Positions 47,222 to 57,400 of a DNA stretch of 64,000 bases are shown here, one piece after another. The position numbers and the translations under genes were made by a program. Each line of letters opens with the position of its first letter. Positions within the stretch are counted from its first letter, which is position 1. Below the pieces are notes generated by a model. It worked only from the letters and a program-made list of their open reading frames with translations, had not been told where the DNA came from and searched no databases. Source of the stretch: Myxococcota bacterium (lineage in GTDB: Bacteria > Myxococcota_A > UBA796 > UBA2385); the NCBI GenBank assembly GCA_044344255.1, contig JBIJDH010000001.1, forward strand, positions 1 through 64,000, written 5' to 3'.

Positions 47222-48785
47222 GGTCCCTTCCTGCGCGCAGCCGCCCCCTGGGGAGGAGGCACAGCCCCCTCCGGAGGGCGCCGCTGGCGAAGATACTCCG
47301 TCTACCGTCGCCGCGGGGCCGACCCTCCCCGCCGGGCCGCGCACCGTCCTCTTGCTGAAGCTGGATCCCGCAGAGGTCGTCGGGTCCTTCTCCCGCGAGC
47401 CCGAGCTCCGCGGCCTCACCACCGTGCTGATCGAGCTCGGGCTCGCCGATCTCCCCGACGTGGTGCCCCTCGTCACCGGGGCGCCCATCTCCCCGGGCTT
47501 CAAGTACGACCTCGCCGAGGGCCGACAGACCTGGACCGGCGCCCTCCGCCTGGAGGGCCACGACGCCGATCTCCGCCTCGTGCTCACCGTCTGCACCCCC
47601 GAGGGCCCCTGTCACCCCTCCGAGGCCAGCGCCAGCCGCGACCGCCTGGAGGTCGCCGTCGCCGAGGTGCTGGGCGAGACCGCGACCCACCTCGGGCGCA
47701 CCCCCGCCGCGGCGATGCAGGCCGACTGGGCCTCCCCGGTCTCCACCGACCCCTACGCCACCCTCCTCACGGGGCGCTCGGCCGCGGTCTGGTACGGCCT
47801 GCTCCCCGCCGCCCCGCTCGAGCAGGAGGGCGACGTGGGGCGTGATCCCATGGATCGCGCCGCCCACGTCGACCCCGAGATGGAGGCGGCGTGGTGGCTG
47901 CTCGGTCGCCGCGCGATGTCCCGCGGCGACGCCTCGGGCGCCCGCCAGTACGCGGCCCTCGGCCTCGATGCCAACCCGCGCCGCGTCGCGCTGCTCGCCG
48001 ATCAGGCCGCCTCCGTCAGCGGGAGCGGGCGCCCGATCGAGGCCGCCGCCGCCTGGGAGCTCGCCGCCAAGGCCTCTCCCCGCGATCCCCGCTTCCTCAT
48101 CCCCCTGGCGCGGGCCCGGCTACGCGCCGGGCGCCCCGCGGAGGCCGGGGCGGCGCTCGACGCCCTCGCCGCCGTCGCCGATCAGGAGCCCGCCGTCGCC
48201 GAGCTCCGCGTCGCCATCGCAGACCAGCTCTCGGCCGAGGGGGCGAGCGACACCCTGCTCACCCGCTGGCAGGAGGTGGCGGCCGACGACCCCGAGCCCG
48301 TGCGCCGCCGCATCGAGGACCGCGTGACCACCCAGCGATACGAGGAGGCCCTCCTGCTCGTGCCTCTGCTCGTCGCCCGCGGGGAGCTCCAGGCCGGGCG
48401 GGAGATCGAGCTCGCCCTCGCCGTGGCGGTCGCCGACTGGGGCCGCGCCGCCGCCACCGCTGAGGCCCTCGACGACCCCCGCACCGCCGACCGGGTGCGG
48501 GCCCGGGCCGCCCTCGAGTCCGGCGCCGCCACCCCGCCGGCCGAGCTCGACCACGTCGAAGATCCCGTCGCCTTGGTCGTGCGCGGCCGGGCCTGGCTCA
48601 ACGACGGCCACCCCGGCCCCGCCCTCAGCGACGCCCGCGCCGCCCTCGCCCTCGACCCCTGGATGCCTGAGGCCCTGGCCCTGGAGGCAGACGGCTTGGA
48701 GGAGCGCGGGGACGCCGCGGGCGCCGAGGCCAGCCGCGCCCGCCTGCGCCGTGTCGATCCCGACTGGCTCTCCGCGCAGCCCTGA
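47199..48785 (+). CDS. TPR-repeat protein
   Basis: Ala-rich helical TPR-like repeats (AWWLLGRRA..GD, ALALDPW.PEA); start uncertain. Confidence 0.65.
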   Translation: MSCGSWLTVPSCAQPPPGEEAQPPPEGAAGEDTPSTVAAGPTLPAGPRTVLLLKLDPAEVVGSFSREPELRGLTTVLIELGLADLPDVVPLVTGAPISPGFKYDLAEGRQTWTGALRLEGHDADLRLVLTVCTPEGPCHPSEASASRDRLEVAVAEVLGETATHLGRTPAAAMQADWASPVSTDPYATLLTGRSAAVWYGLLPAAPLEQEGDVGRDPMDRAAHVDPEMEAAWWLLGRRAMSRGDASGARQYAALGLDANPRRVALLADQAASVSGSGRPIEAAAAWELAAKASPRDPRFLIPLARARLRAGRPAEAGAALDALAAVADQEPAVAELRVAIADQLSAEGASDTLLTRWQEVAADDPEPVRRRIEDRVTTQRYEEALLLVPLLVARGELQAGREIELALAVAVADWGRAAATAEALDDPRTADRVRARAALESGAATPPAELDHVEDPVALVVRGRAWLNDGHPGPALSDARAALALDPWMPEALALEADGLEERGDAAGAEASRARLRRVDPDWLSAQP

Positions 48786-48796
48786 GGGCCTTCGGC

Positions 48797-49621
48797 CTAC
48801 CGCCCGCCGGTTGGCGGGGCTCCAGCGGGCGGAGGCACGGGCGGGGGAGCCGGTGCGACCACGGGCGGCGGCTCCGGGCGCGCGGGCGTCGGTGGCGGGC
48901 CGAGCACGGCCGCGGGCTCGACGGGCAAGGGGGCGCAGTCGCAGGGGCCCGGGCTCCAACAGGCGGCCCCGAGGACCAGCAGGGCCCGCCCGTCGGCGAT
49001 CTCTCCACCAGGGCAGACATGACCTCCGCCGACCCCGAGGATCGCGACCCGCGCCGTCCGCTCGGCGGGGGGTCGCGGGGAGGGCTGGGAGAGGCCAGGC
49101 GCCACGCTCAAGGTCACCGGGCAGCCGCCCCAGGGCGACAAGAAGCGCTCCTGCCAGGCGACGAGCTCCTGGTAGCCCTGGCCCCCGGCCTCGACCCGCG
49201 CGTGGAGGCCCTCGACCGCCATTCGGAGCTCCCCGTCGACGAGGGCCCGCACCGTGGGGGCTTCCGCGATCACACCCACCCGCGCGCGCTCCGCCTGCGC
49301 CGCCTGCACGCGGTCTCGGGCGAGGGCGCCGAGGGCGGGCGTCCGCGCGAGGAGGGAGGCCGCGGCCCCGTCGACACAAGGGTCGAGCCCCCGCTGGAGC
49401 TGGACGGCGAGGGCGTTGTGGACCCGCCGGAGGGCCGACAGGGCGGCCTCCGCCGCCTCGACCCGGCGCTCGAGCTCGGTCACCTCCGCGAGCAGCTCCG
49501 CCGGGCCCGGCGCCAGCGCCGCCGGCCCATCATTGGCCCCTGCGGCCTCCGCATCGTCGCCCACGAGCCCGCCGAGGGGGCCGATCAGCCAGAGGGCCAG
49601 CGCGCTCAGGGGGAGGGTCAT
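48797..49621 (-). CDS. Hypothetical secreted protein
   Basis: Signal-like N-terminus, coiled coil, Cys-containing C-domain, Pro-rich tail. Confidence 0.55.
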   Translation of the reverse strand: MTLPLSALALWLIGPLGGLVGDDAEAAGANDGPAALAPGPAELLAEVTELERRVEAAEAALSALRRVHNALAVQLQRGLDPCVDGAAASLLARTPALGALARDRVQAAQAERARVGVIAEAPTVRALVDGELRMAVEGLHARVEAGGQGYQELVAWQERFLSPWGGCPVTLSVAPGLSQPSPRPPAERTARVAILGVGGGHVCPGGEIADGRALLVLGAACWSPGPCDCAPLPVEPAAVLGPPPTPARPEPPPVVAPAPPPVPPPAGAPPTGGR

Positions 49622-49699
49622 CCGGGGAGGATATCACCGCGCCCCCGCGGCCATCGACCACCCGCGCCGCAGGGTAGGGAGGGACCGGGAGGCCTCACC

Positions 49700-51040
49700 G
49701 TGCCCAGGCTCACTCCGCGCCGAAGCGCGCTCCTCGCCGCGCTGCCCGCCCTGCTGCTGGCCCGCCCCGCCGCGGCCTGGCAGGACCACTATCTGCTCAC
49801 GGAGGCCGCGCTGCAGGCCGACTGGGCGAGCTGGGCCAACGAGCCCGTCACCGTCGAGCCTCTCGAGCCGCTGCTGCGCGGCGAGGAGGCGGCCCTCCGC
49901 GGTCTCTTCGAGGGCTACTACGCCTGGCTCAAGCAGCGCGGGAAGGGCCGCTGCCGCGTCCAGCGCTTCGAGGGCCCGACCGTGGAGGCCTTCAACCGCG
50001 CCGCGCGGCTCCACCCCGACACCCGCTACGCCCTCGTCGAGCGCGCCCTCCCCGGCGAGCCGGTGCCCGGAGCGCCGGTGCGCGCGGCGGAGGTCTCCGC
50101 CTATCTGCCCGACGACCCCTCCCGCGCCACCTTCGTCGACAGCACGCAGGGCACGCTGCCGGCGCGGATCGTGCTCGCCACCTTCTCCGACGAGCCCGAC
50201 TGGGGGATGGACATCGACCTCTGGGACCCGAGCCCCGGCGAGGGCGTCCTCTCCCCCGGCCCGCCCCTCGGCTACGGGTACGGCCCCCAACCCTACGGCC
50301 GGCGGTGGGGACAAGCCACCCAGGCGCCCTTCCACCAGCTCTTCCTCAACGAGCCGGAGGCCCTCCGCTTCGCGGAGCCCGACCTCGTGGTAGGCATGCC
50401 CGAAGAGCGGATGGAGCTCTTCCGCCGCCTCTCCCGCCTCGCGATGGAGACCGGACACCCCTACTGGGGCTGGCGCTTCGCCGCCTGGTACGTCCATTAC
50501 GCCCAAGACCTCGCCGAGCCCTACAACGGCAACGCGCTGCCGGGCGCGGACACCGCGACGCTCAAGCGCGTGGGCCGCTCGCCCGACGCCCCTTGCCTCC
50601 TCGCGTGCGCGTTCACCCTACGGGAGAACCGACAGACCCTCTATGAAGAGTTCGTCTCCCGCTGGCTCGAGGCCGCGCACCGCGCCGGAGCCCCCGTCAC
50701 CGACCCCCTCCTCTCCGCGCTGCACCAGGGGGCTACGACCTTCCCGGACACCACGGTGGGCGAGCTGCTCGCCCGCCTCGGGGCCCTCGCCCTCGTTCAC
50801 GGCCCCGCCGTAGACGCCGCCATCGTCGCGGCCTTCCCCGCCGCCCTCCACAGCGCCCCCGACATCGACCTCAGGGAGGACCCCCGCTACACCCCCGAGC
50901 GAGCCCTCGCCAGCCTCTCCGAGCCCGCCACGAAGGCCCTCCTCACCGAGGCGGGGGCCGACCTGCAGGCGGCGGGGGTCGCCACCCGCACCGCGCTCGC
51001 CCTCCTGCTGGCCGACCTCCCCTCGTCTCCTCCGCCCTGA
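49700..51040 (+). CDS. Phospholipase C/P1 nuclease-like Zn-dependent protein
   Basis: GGAGG RBS, RR-containing signal ending AAA-W, DEPDWGMD, APFH, HYAQDL..PY. Confidence 0.65.
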   Translation: MPRLTPRRSALLAALPALLLARPAAAWQDHYLLTEAALQADWASWANEPVTVEPLEPLLRGEEAALRGLFEGYYAWLKQRGKGRCRVQRFEGPTVEAFNRAARLHPDTRYALVERALPGEPVPGAPVRAAEVSAYLPDDPSRATFVDSTQGTLPARIVLATFSDEPDWGMDIDLWDPSPGEGVLSPGPPLGYGYGPQPYGRRWGQATQAPFHQLFLNEPEALRFAEPDLVVGMPEERMELFRRLSRLAMETGHPYWGWRFAAWYVHYAQDLAEPYNGNALPGADTATLKRVGRSPDAPCLLACAFTLRENRQTLYEEFVSRWLEAAHRAGAPVTDPLLSALHQGATTFPDTTVGELLARLGALALVHGPAVDAAIVAAFPAALHSAPDIDLREDPRYTPERALASLSEPATKALLTEAGADLQAAGVATRTALALLLADLPSSPPP

Positions 51041-51056
51041 CGGCCCGGGCGGGCCG

Positions 51057-52487
51057 CTACTCGGGATCGGGGATGTTCCCGCCGTACGACGAGCTGCCCC
51101 CCCCGCCGCCCCGTCGGTACCGCGGGCCGCTCGACTCGTGGCTGTGGCGATCGCGGCTGGAGATGGCGAAGGCCCCGTCCAGGCGGGCCATCGCCTCGCG
51201 GGTGGCCGGGTCACTGCGCAGGAGCTGCTCCATGTCGTACGCGAGGCGCACTGGCCCCTGGGCGGGGACGTGGCTGCCCTTCGGCAGGATGATGAGCCCA
51301 CCCTCGGAGATGAAGGGGAACCGAGCCCGGTCTGCCTCGTCGTCCCAGCCGATCACGGCCCCGGGGGCGACGCTCGTGTTCTTGTCGAAGATGACGTTGC
51401 GCACGCGCGAGCCGGCGCCGATGTCGCAGCCCGAGAGGATGACCGAGTTCTCGATCTCGGCGTCTACGTGAACAAAACAGTCGTAGCCGAGCAGCACCTC
51501 GCGCAGCGCCGCGCTCTGCACGATCGAGCCCTCGCAGACGAGGGAGTCTACGATGTCGACGGCCCGGTGGCCGCCGTGGCGCACGAAGCGCGCAGGCGGG
51601 TAGTCGCGCTGGGCGGTGCGGATGCGCCAGCGGCGATTATACAGGTTCAAGGTAGGGAGCGCGCTACGGAGCTCCATGTTGGCCTTGAAGTAGCTGTCCA
51701 CCGTCCCGACGTCGCGCCAGTAGGGGACGGCTCCCTCGGGGTCGCCCGGGATGACGTTCTGGCCGAAGTCATAGGCGAAGACCCGATCTCCGGCGGCGAT
51801 CATCGCCGGGATGATGTCCTTACCGAAGTCATGGGAAGATGTGTCGTCGGCCGCGTCCTCGTTAAGCACCCCTTGCAGCACGTGGGACTTGAAGAAATAG
51901 TTGCCCATGCTCACGAAGGCCTTGGTGGGATCACCGGGCATCGGGGCGGGGTTCTTGGGCTTCTCCTGAAATCCGATGATACGACCGTCGGGGGCACACT
52001 GGATGACGCCGAACTGGGTGGCCTCCTCGATGGGCACGGGCCAGGCGGCGATGGTCAGATCGGCGGACTGCTCGACGTGGAAGGTCTCCATCTGGTCGAC
52101 GGAGAACTTGTAGATGTGGTCCCCGCCGAAGACCGCGACGTGCTCGGCCCGCGCGTCGCGCACGAGGTTGAGGTTCTGGTAGACAGAGTCGGCGGTGCCT
52201 CGGTACCAGTGATCTCCGGTGCGCATCTGCGCCGGCACGATCTCGATGAACTCGCCCGGCCCGGAGAGGTGCCAGTTCCGGTTAAGGTGCTTGATCAGGC
52301 TCGACGCCATGTACTGCGTGAGCAGGAACACCCGTCGGTAGCCGGAGTTCACCACGTTGGACAGGACGAAGTCGATGATTCGATACCGACCGCCGAAGGG
52401 CATGGCCGGCTTACAACGATGACCGGTCAGCGCGCTTAGCCGCGAGCCCTTGCCGCCGGCCATGATCATCACCAGGGTGCCGCTCAT
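51057..52487 (-). CDS. glgC: Glucose-1-phosphate adenylyltransferase
   Basis: AGGKGSRL, KPAMPFGGRYRIIDF, WYRGTADS, EKP, DFGKDIIP, YWRDVGT. Confidence 0.95.
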   Translation of the reverse strand: MSGTLVMIMAGGKGSRLSALTGHRCKPAMPFGGRYRIIDFVLSNVVNSGYRRVFLLTQYMASSLIKHLNRNWHLSGPGEFIEIVPAQMRTGDHWYRGTADSVYQNLNLVRDARAEHVAVFGGDHIYKFSVDQMETFHVEQSADLTIAAWPVPIEEATQFGVIQCAPDGRIIGFQEKPKNPAPMPGDPTKAFVSMGNYFFKSHVLQGVLNEDAADDTSSHDFGKDIIPAMIAAGDRVFAYDFGQNVIPGDPEGAVPYWRDVGTVDSYFKANMELRSALPTLNLYNRRWRIRTAQRDYPPARFVRHGGHRAVDIVDSLVCEGSIVQSAALREVLLGYDCFVHVDAEIENSVILSGCDIGAGSRVRNVIFDKNTSVAPGAVIGWDDEADRARFPFISEGGLIILPKGSHVPAQGPVRLAYDMEQLLRSDPATREAMARLDGAFAISSRDRHSHESSGPRYRRGGGGGSSSYGGNIPDPE

Positions 52488-52587
52488 GGGATGCCTCCGA
52501 GCTGCGCATGCTACCTGAAAGGTGGCTCCCGCGCCGCGCCCCGCGGCCGATCGCCGACACGAAGGCGGCCGGCCACCGAAGATCGCC

Positions 52588-54465
52588 CTACTCGGGAGAC
52601 ACCGCCGTGTTCGCCTCGAGGATGCTGAATTCCACCCGGCGGTTGAGGGCGCGGTGCTCCTCGCTGTCGTTCGGCTCGACGGGGCGGGACTCGCCGTAGC
52701 CCACCGGCACGAGGCGCTCGCCGTCCACGCCCTTGGCGACGAGGTAGCCGACCACCGCGTCCATCCGGCGCTGCGAAAGCGCGAGGTTGAAGTCGTCCGG
52801 GCCCTGGTCGTCGCTGTGGCCGCCGATCTCCACCTTGCGGATGCCCACATTGTCGCGGAGGAGCTGCGCCACATCATCCAAGACGTCGAGGCTCTCGCCC
52901 TTGATCGAGGTCTCCCCGGACTCGAAGTACACGGCCTCGGTGATCACGATGCGCCGGGCCTCCACTCGGGCCTGCAGCGGCTCGAGCACGACGTCCTGGT
53001 CGCGGCGCTCCCCCGCGCCGAGCTCGAGCGTGACGGCCTGATCGCGGTAGCCGGGGGCCCGCAGGCGGAGGCTGTGCGACCCGCCGCCGACCGGCAGCTC
53101 CACGCCCGGAGACGGGTGGCGGGCGGCGCAGGCGGGGTCGGGCGAGCTCCACTCAATCTCCACCCCGGCCACCAGGGCGCCCTCGGGATCGACCACCCGC
53201 AGCCGTACGCGGGCGTCGAGGGCGGGCTGGAGGGGCAGGCTCAGCGTGTTCTCACCCGGCTGGATGTCGAGTGCCCCCTCGGCCGAGCGGCAGCCGAGGC
53301 GGGCGGAGGCGGTCCACCGGGAGCCGGGGCGCGGGTTGATCACCACCGGCTCCGAGCCCTGCTGCTGCTCCACCTTGCGGCCGTTGCCCTCGGCGAGGAT
53401 CGCGGCGCCATCTGCGATCTCGCCGTCGAGCGTCGCCTGGAGGCGCAGCTTGGCGGTGTCGGGACAGCCGTCCTCGTCCTGGTAGCCGTTCTTGGTCTCC
53501 CCCTTGTCGGGGCAGCGGTCTCGGGCGTCGGGGACGCCGTCACCGTCACGATCGCGCCCCATGTCGCCCACGGTGCCGAAGCCCACCCCCACAAAGACAC
53601 GGTAGGCCGCCGCAGAGGCCGCCCCGTTCATCGGGAAGCCCGCCCCGAGGAGGGCCAGCACCCCGCGCTCGGCCCGATAGCGGAGGCTGAGGATGCCCTC
53701 CCCCGGCGAGTCCCCCAGGGTGCGGTCGCTGAAGGGCGTGTCGAGCATCGCCTCGAGGTTGACCGCGAGGTCGGGCCGCAGCCCGTAGCCGACCTGGAGG
53801 CCGAGCTGGAGCTCATCGGCGCCCGGGTAGGCGGCGGAGCGGGTGGCCGGCCGGAGGTAGGCGCCGAGGTTGGCGGAGGCCTCGAGCTTCTCGCCGGTCC
53901 AGCCGCCGACGAGACGCCCGCCGCCCGCCACCCGGCCGTTGCCGAGGTAGCGGCTGGCGTCGCCGGTCGGCAGGTCGAAGAAGGGCACGACGCCGAAGCG
54001 CAGCCCACCCTCGCCCTTCGGCTCGACGAGCTGCACCCCCGCCCCGAGTCGGAGGTCGCCGAGGCCAGCCCCCGCGGTGGCGAGGCCCGATGAGCTCAGG
54101 AACACCGGGAGGCCGAGGTCGAGGCGGACCCGTCCATGGGGCATCCACCCCGCCGATGTGTTGAGCACCAGCAGATCATCGACGAGGACCTCGCGCGCCG
54201 ACTCCTCGCCGGCTGCGTTCTGCCAGACCGAGACGAGGGGCGACTTCGCATACTCGAGCACGCCGCCCACGAAGGCGTCGTTCCGCTCCCAGTCGGCCAG
54301 GCGGTCGACGGCGAGGCCGCCGCGGGGATCGTCGGTGAGGGGGGCGAGTCGAAAGCCGTGCGCGTCGAAGCCCGCCTCCTCGGCCTGGGCGAGGCCGGGC
54401 AGCAGCAGCAGGAGGGCGACGGCGCGGAGGCCGGGGGCCGAGCTCATCTCGAGTCCTCTCTTCAT
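52588..54465 (-). CDS. OmpA family outer-membrane protein (barrel, TSP3 repeats, OmpA C-domain)
   Basis: DRDGDGVPDARDRCP, DEDGCPD, IGGHSD, LSQRR, NRRVEF. Confidence 0.88.
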   Translation of the reverse strand: MKRGLEMSSAPGLRAVALLLLLPGLAQAEEAGFDAHGFRLAPLTDDPRGGLAVDRLADWERNDAFVGGVLEYAKSPLVSVWQNAAGEESAREVLVDDLLVLNTSAGWMPHGRVRLDLGLPVFLSSSGLATAGAGLGDLRLGAGVQLVEPKGEGGLRFGVVPFFDLPTGDASRYLGNGRVAGGGRLVGGWTGEKLEASANLGAYLRPATRSAAYPGADELQLGLQVGYGLRPDLAVNLEAMLDTPFSDRTLGDSPGEGILSLRYRAERGVLALLGAGFPMNGAASAAAYRVFVGVGFGTVGDMGRDRDGDGVPDARDRCPDKGETKNGYQDEDGCPDTAKLRLQATLDGEIADGAAILAEGNGRKVEQQQGSEPVVINPRPGSRWTASARLGCRSAEGALDIQPGENTLSLPLQPALDARVRLRVVDPEGALVAGVEIEWSSPDPACAARHPSPGVELPVGGGSHSLRLRAPGYRDQAVTLELGAGERRDQDVVLEPLQARVEARRIVITEAVYFESGETSIKGESLDVLDDVAQLLRDNVGIRKVEIGGHSDDQGPDDFNLALSQRRMDAVVGYLVAKGVDGERLVPVGYGESRPVEPNDSEEHRALNRRVEFSILEANTAVSPE

Positions 54466-54481
54466 CAGGGGCACGCCCAGC

Positions 54482-57400
54482 TCAAACCGACCCGGCCGGG
54501 GCCCGGCGTCGCCGGAGCCCGATGGCCGCGACCAGGGCCAGCGCGGCGAGCCCACGGGCGCCGAGGGGCCCCGACGCCAGGGTGGGCACGGCGCTGCAGC
54601 CCCCCTTCAGCTCTTGAGAGGCGCGGTCGTCCAGCGCCTTCCAGGGGTTCGTCCCGTCCGCGACCTCCTCGCCGTCGGTTGCGCCGCCGCCGTCGGTGTC
54701 CGGGTCATTCGGATCGGTGCCCAGCGCCGCCTCCTCGAGGTCGGAGAGGCCGTCGCCGTCCGAGTCCAGGCCCACATCATCGCCGACGCCGTCACAGTCG
54801 TTGTCCTGACCATCCTCGAGCTCCGCCGCCCCCGGAAACACCGTGTCGTCCTGGTCATTGCAGTCGCCATCGGGATCGGTGGCCGAGCCCTCTCCCCCAT
54901 CGACACAGTCGAGGTCCGTCGACTCCACCGTGCCGGTCCCGTCGGCGCGATAACCGTCGCCGTCCTCATCGAGGAAGCAGACCTCACCCCCGTCGCAGTC
55001 CTGGTCTCGACCGTCGTCGACCACCTCGTCGGCGCCGGGGTGGACGTCGGGGTCGGAGTCATTACAGTCGCCGCGCGGCACGCCCGCGGCCGCCTCGTCG
55101 TCGTCGACACAGTCGGCGTCGAAGGAGGTGACAGTGGTATCGACCCGCCAGAGATCGCCGTCGCCGTCGCGATAACAGAGCTCGCCGCCGTCACAGTCCT
55201 GATCGATCTCGTCACCGACAAGCTCGGTGGCGCCGGGGTGGACATCGGCGTCGGCGTCGTCGCAGTCGCCGCCCTCGACGTCGGTTAGGGCCTCGCCAGG
55301 GTCGGTGCAGTCGCCGTCCGCCGAGGGGATGAAGGTGTCGTTGCGGTAGCCGTCTCCATCCGCCTCGCCGTAACAAGCCTCGCTGCCGTCACAGTCCTGA
55401 TCGATCCCATCCCCCACCACCTCGGTGGCGCCGGGGTGCACGGCGGGGTCCCCGTCATCGCAGTCGCCGTTCGAATCGGAGGCGCGGCCCTCTCCGCTGT
55501 CGCTACAGTCCTCGTCGAGGGAGGGGAGCGTGCTGTCCAGACGCCAGGAGTCATTGTCGAAGTCAACGTAACAGAGCTCGCCTCCGTCACAGTCCTCATC
55601 GATCTCGTCGCCCTCGATCTCGAGGGCCCCGGGATAGACCGCGCCGTCGGCGTCGTCACAGTCATCCGCGGGATCGGCAGAGAGGGCCTCGCCGGAGTCA
55701 CTGCAATCCGCATCGGTGGAGACCATCGTGGCCGAGACCCGGTAGCCGTCATCGTCGCCGTCCCGGTAACAGAGCTCGCCGCCGTCGCAGTCCTCATCGA
55801 CGGCGTCACCGGGGATCTCCACGGCGTAGGGGTGGACGGTGGCGTTGGTGTCGTCACAGTCGCCGGAGGGCTCGCTCCCCCGCGCCTCCCCCGAGTCGCT
55901 GCAGTCGCTGTCCGACGAGGAGACGGTCGAGGTGATCCGATAGCCGTCATCGTCGGCGTCGGCGTAGCAGGTCTCCTTGCCGTCGCAATTCTGGTCGAAG
56001 CCGTCGCCCGTGGTCTCGGTGGCGCCGGGGTTGACGGTGGCGTCGTTGTCGTCGCAGTCCCCGGAGGGGTCGGCGCTCGTGGCCTCGCCGGAGTCGGTGC
56101 AGTCCGTGTCGGTGGAGGTGCGCCAGGTCGAGACGCGGTAGCCGTCATTGTCGGCGTCGGTGTAACAGGTCTCCTTACCGTCACAATTCTGATCGACGCC
56201 GTCCCCCACCGTCTCGGTGGCGCCGCTGTAGATTGTGGCGTCGCTGTCATCACAGTCATCGCTGCCGCAGTAGCCGTCTCCGTCGGCGTCGGCGCAGCCG
56301 CTGAACACATAGACGGCGCCCGCGTTGCTGCTCACGCCATAGGCGCCCACCGCCACGTCGTCGTAGCCGTCTCCGTCGGCGTCGCCGAGGCCGTCGCACG
56401 ACGCGCCGAGGAAGCCCGAGCCGGAGATGGTGGTCATGTCGGCGCTGCTCAGGCCGGAGGCCGAGCCCGACAGGACGTAGGCCTCGTTCACCCCCGAAGA
56501 GCCGGCGATGATGTCGGCGTAGCCGTCCTGATCGACGTCTCCTGCGTCCCCGAGGCAGGTGCCGAGCTCGGTCGCCGAAGCGCCCGAGTAGCTCACCGCG
56601 GCTGCGCTCTGGATGCCGGCGCTGCTCCCATGGTACACCGCGAAGTAGCCGGCGTTCGCACCATAATCGGGAGCCGCGGCCAGGATGTCGTCGTAGCCGT
56701 CCCCGTTCACGTCGCCGGCCGGAGAGACCACCGCCCCGAAGTTGCTGGCCGCCTCCGGCGAGCTGAGGCGGACGGCCGCGGTGGTGCTGAGGCCCGAGGC
56801 GCTGCCGTGAAAGAGCGAGACCCGCCCCGCCTGCGCGCTGTAGTCGCCGTTGCCGACCACGAGGTCGTCGTAGCCGTCCCCGTTGACGTCACCGGCGCCC
56901 ATCGCCGCGCAGAGCGGGCCCGACGTGAGCGTGAAAGAGGCGTGCACCGAGGTGCTCACCCCGGTGGCGGTGCCGAGGTAGGCGCGCGCGTAGGCGCCCT
57001 GGCAGATCCCCAGCACCACGTCGCCGCGACCGTCGCCGTTGACGTCACCGGCGTGCCCGACCGAGTAGATCCAGGACGTGGCCGTCAGGGTGGTGGTGGC
57101 CGTCGTGGAGACGCCGCTGGCGCTCCCGAGATAGACATAGGCCGTATAGGGGCTGGCGTTGCTGGTGCCGACGATGACGTCGTCGTATCCGTCATTGTCG
57201 ACGTCTCCCGCCGTATCGACGGAGTAGCCGAACCAAGCCGCGGTGTGCGAGGCCGACAGGGTGGTGGCCGCCGAGGTGCCCACCCCGCTGGCGCTCCCAT
57301 GATAGACCCAGGCCCGACCGTTCTGGGAGCCGTACATGAACGACCCGACGATGAGGTCGCCGTAGCCGTCGTTGTTGACGTCACCTGCCCCCGCGAGTGA

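Noticed and set aside
43982..47845. 1287-aa plus-strand ORF
   Set aside because: Antisense shadow of corA and PBP1A; stop-poor frame typical of high GC; no motifs
54789..56290. Regularly spaced repeats as a CRISPR array
   Set aside because: Degenerate, in-frame coding repeats of about 198 nt; no identical repeats with unique spacers and no cas genes
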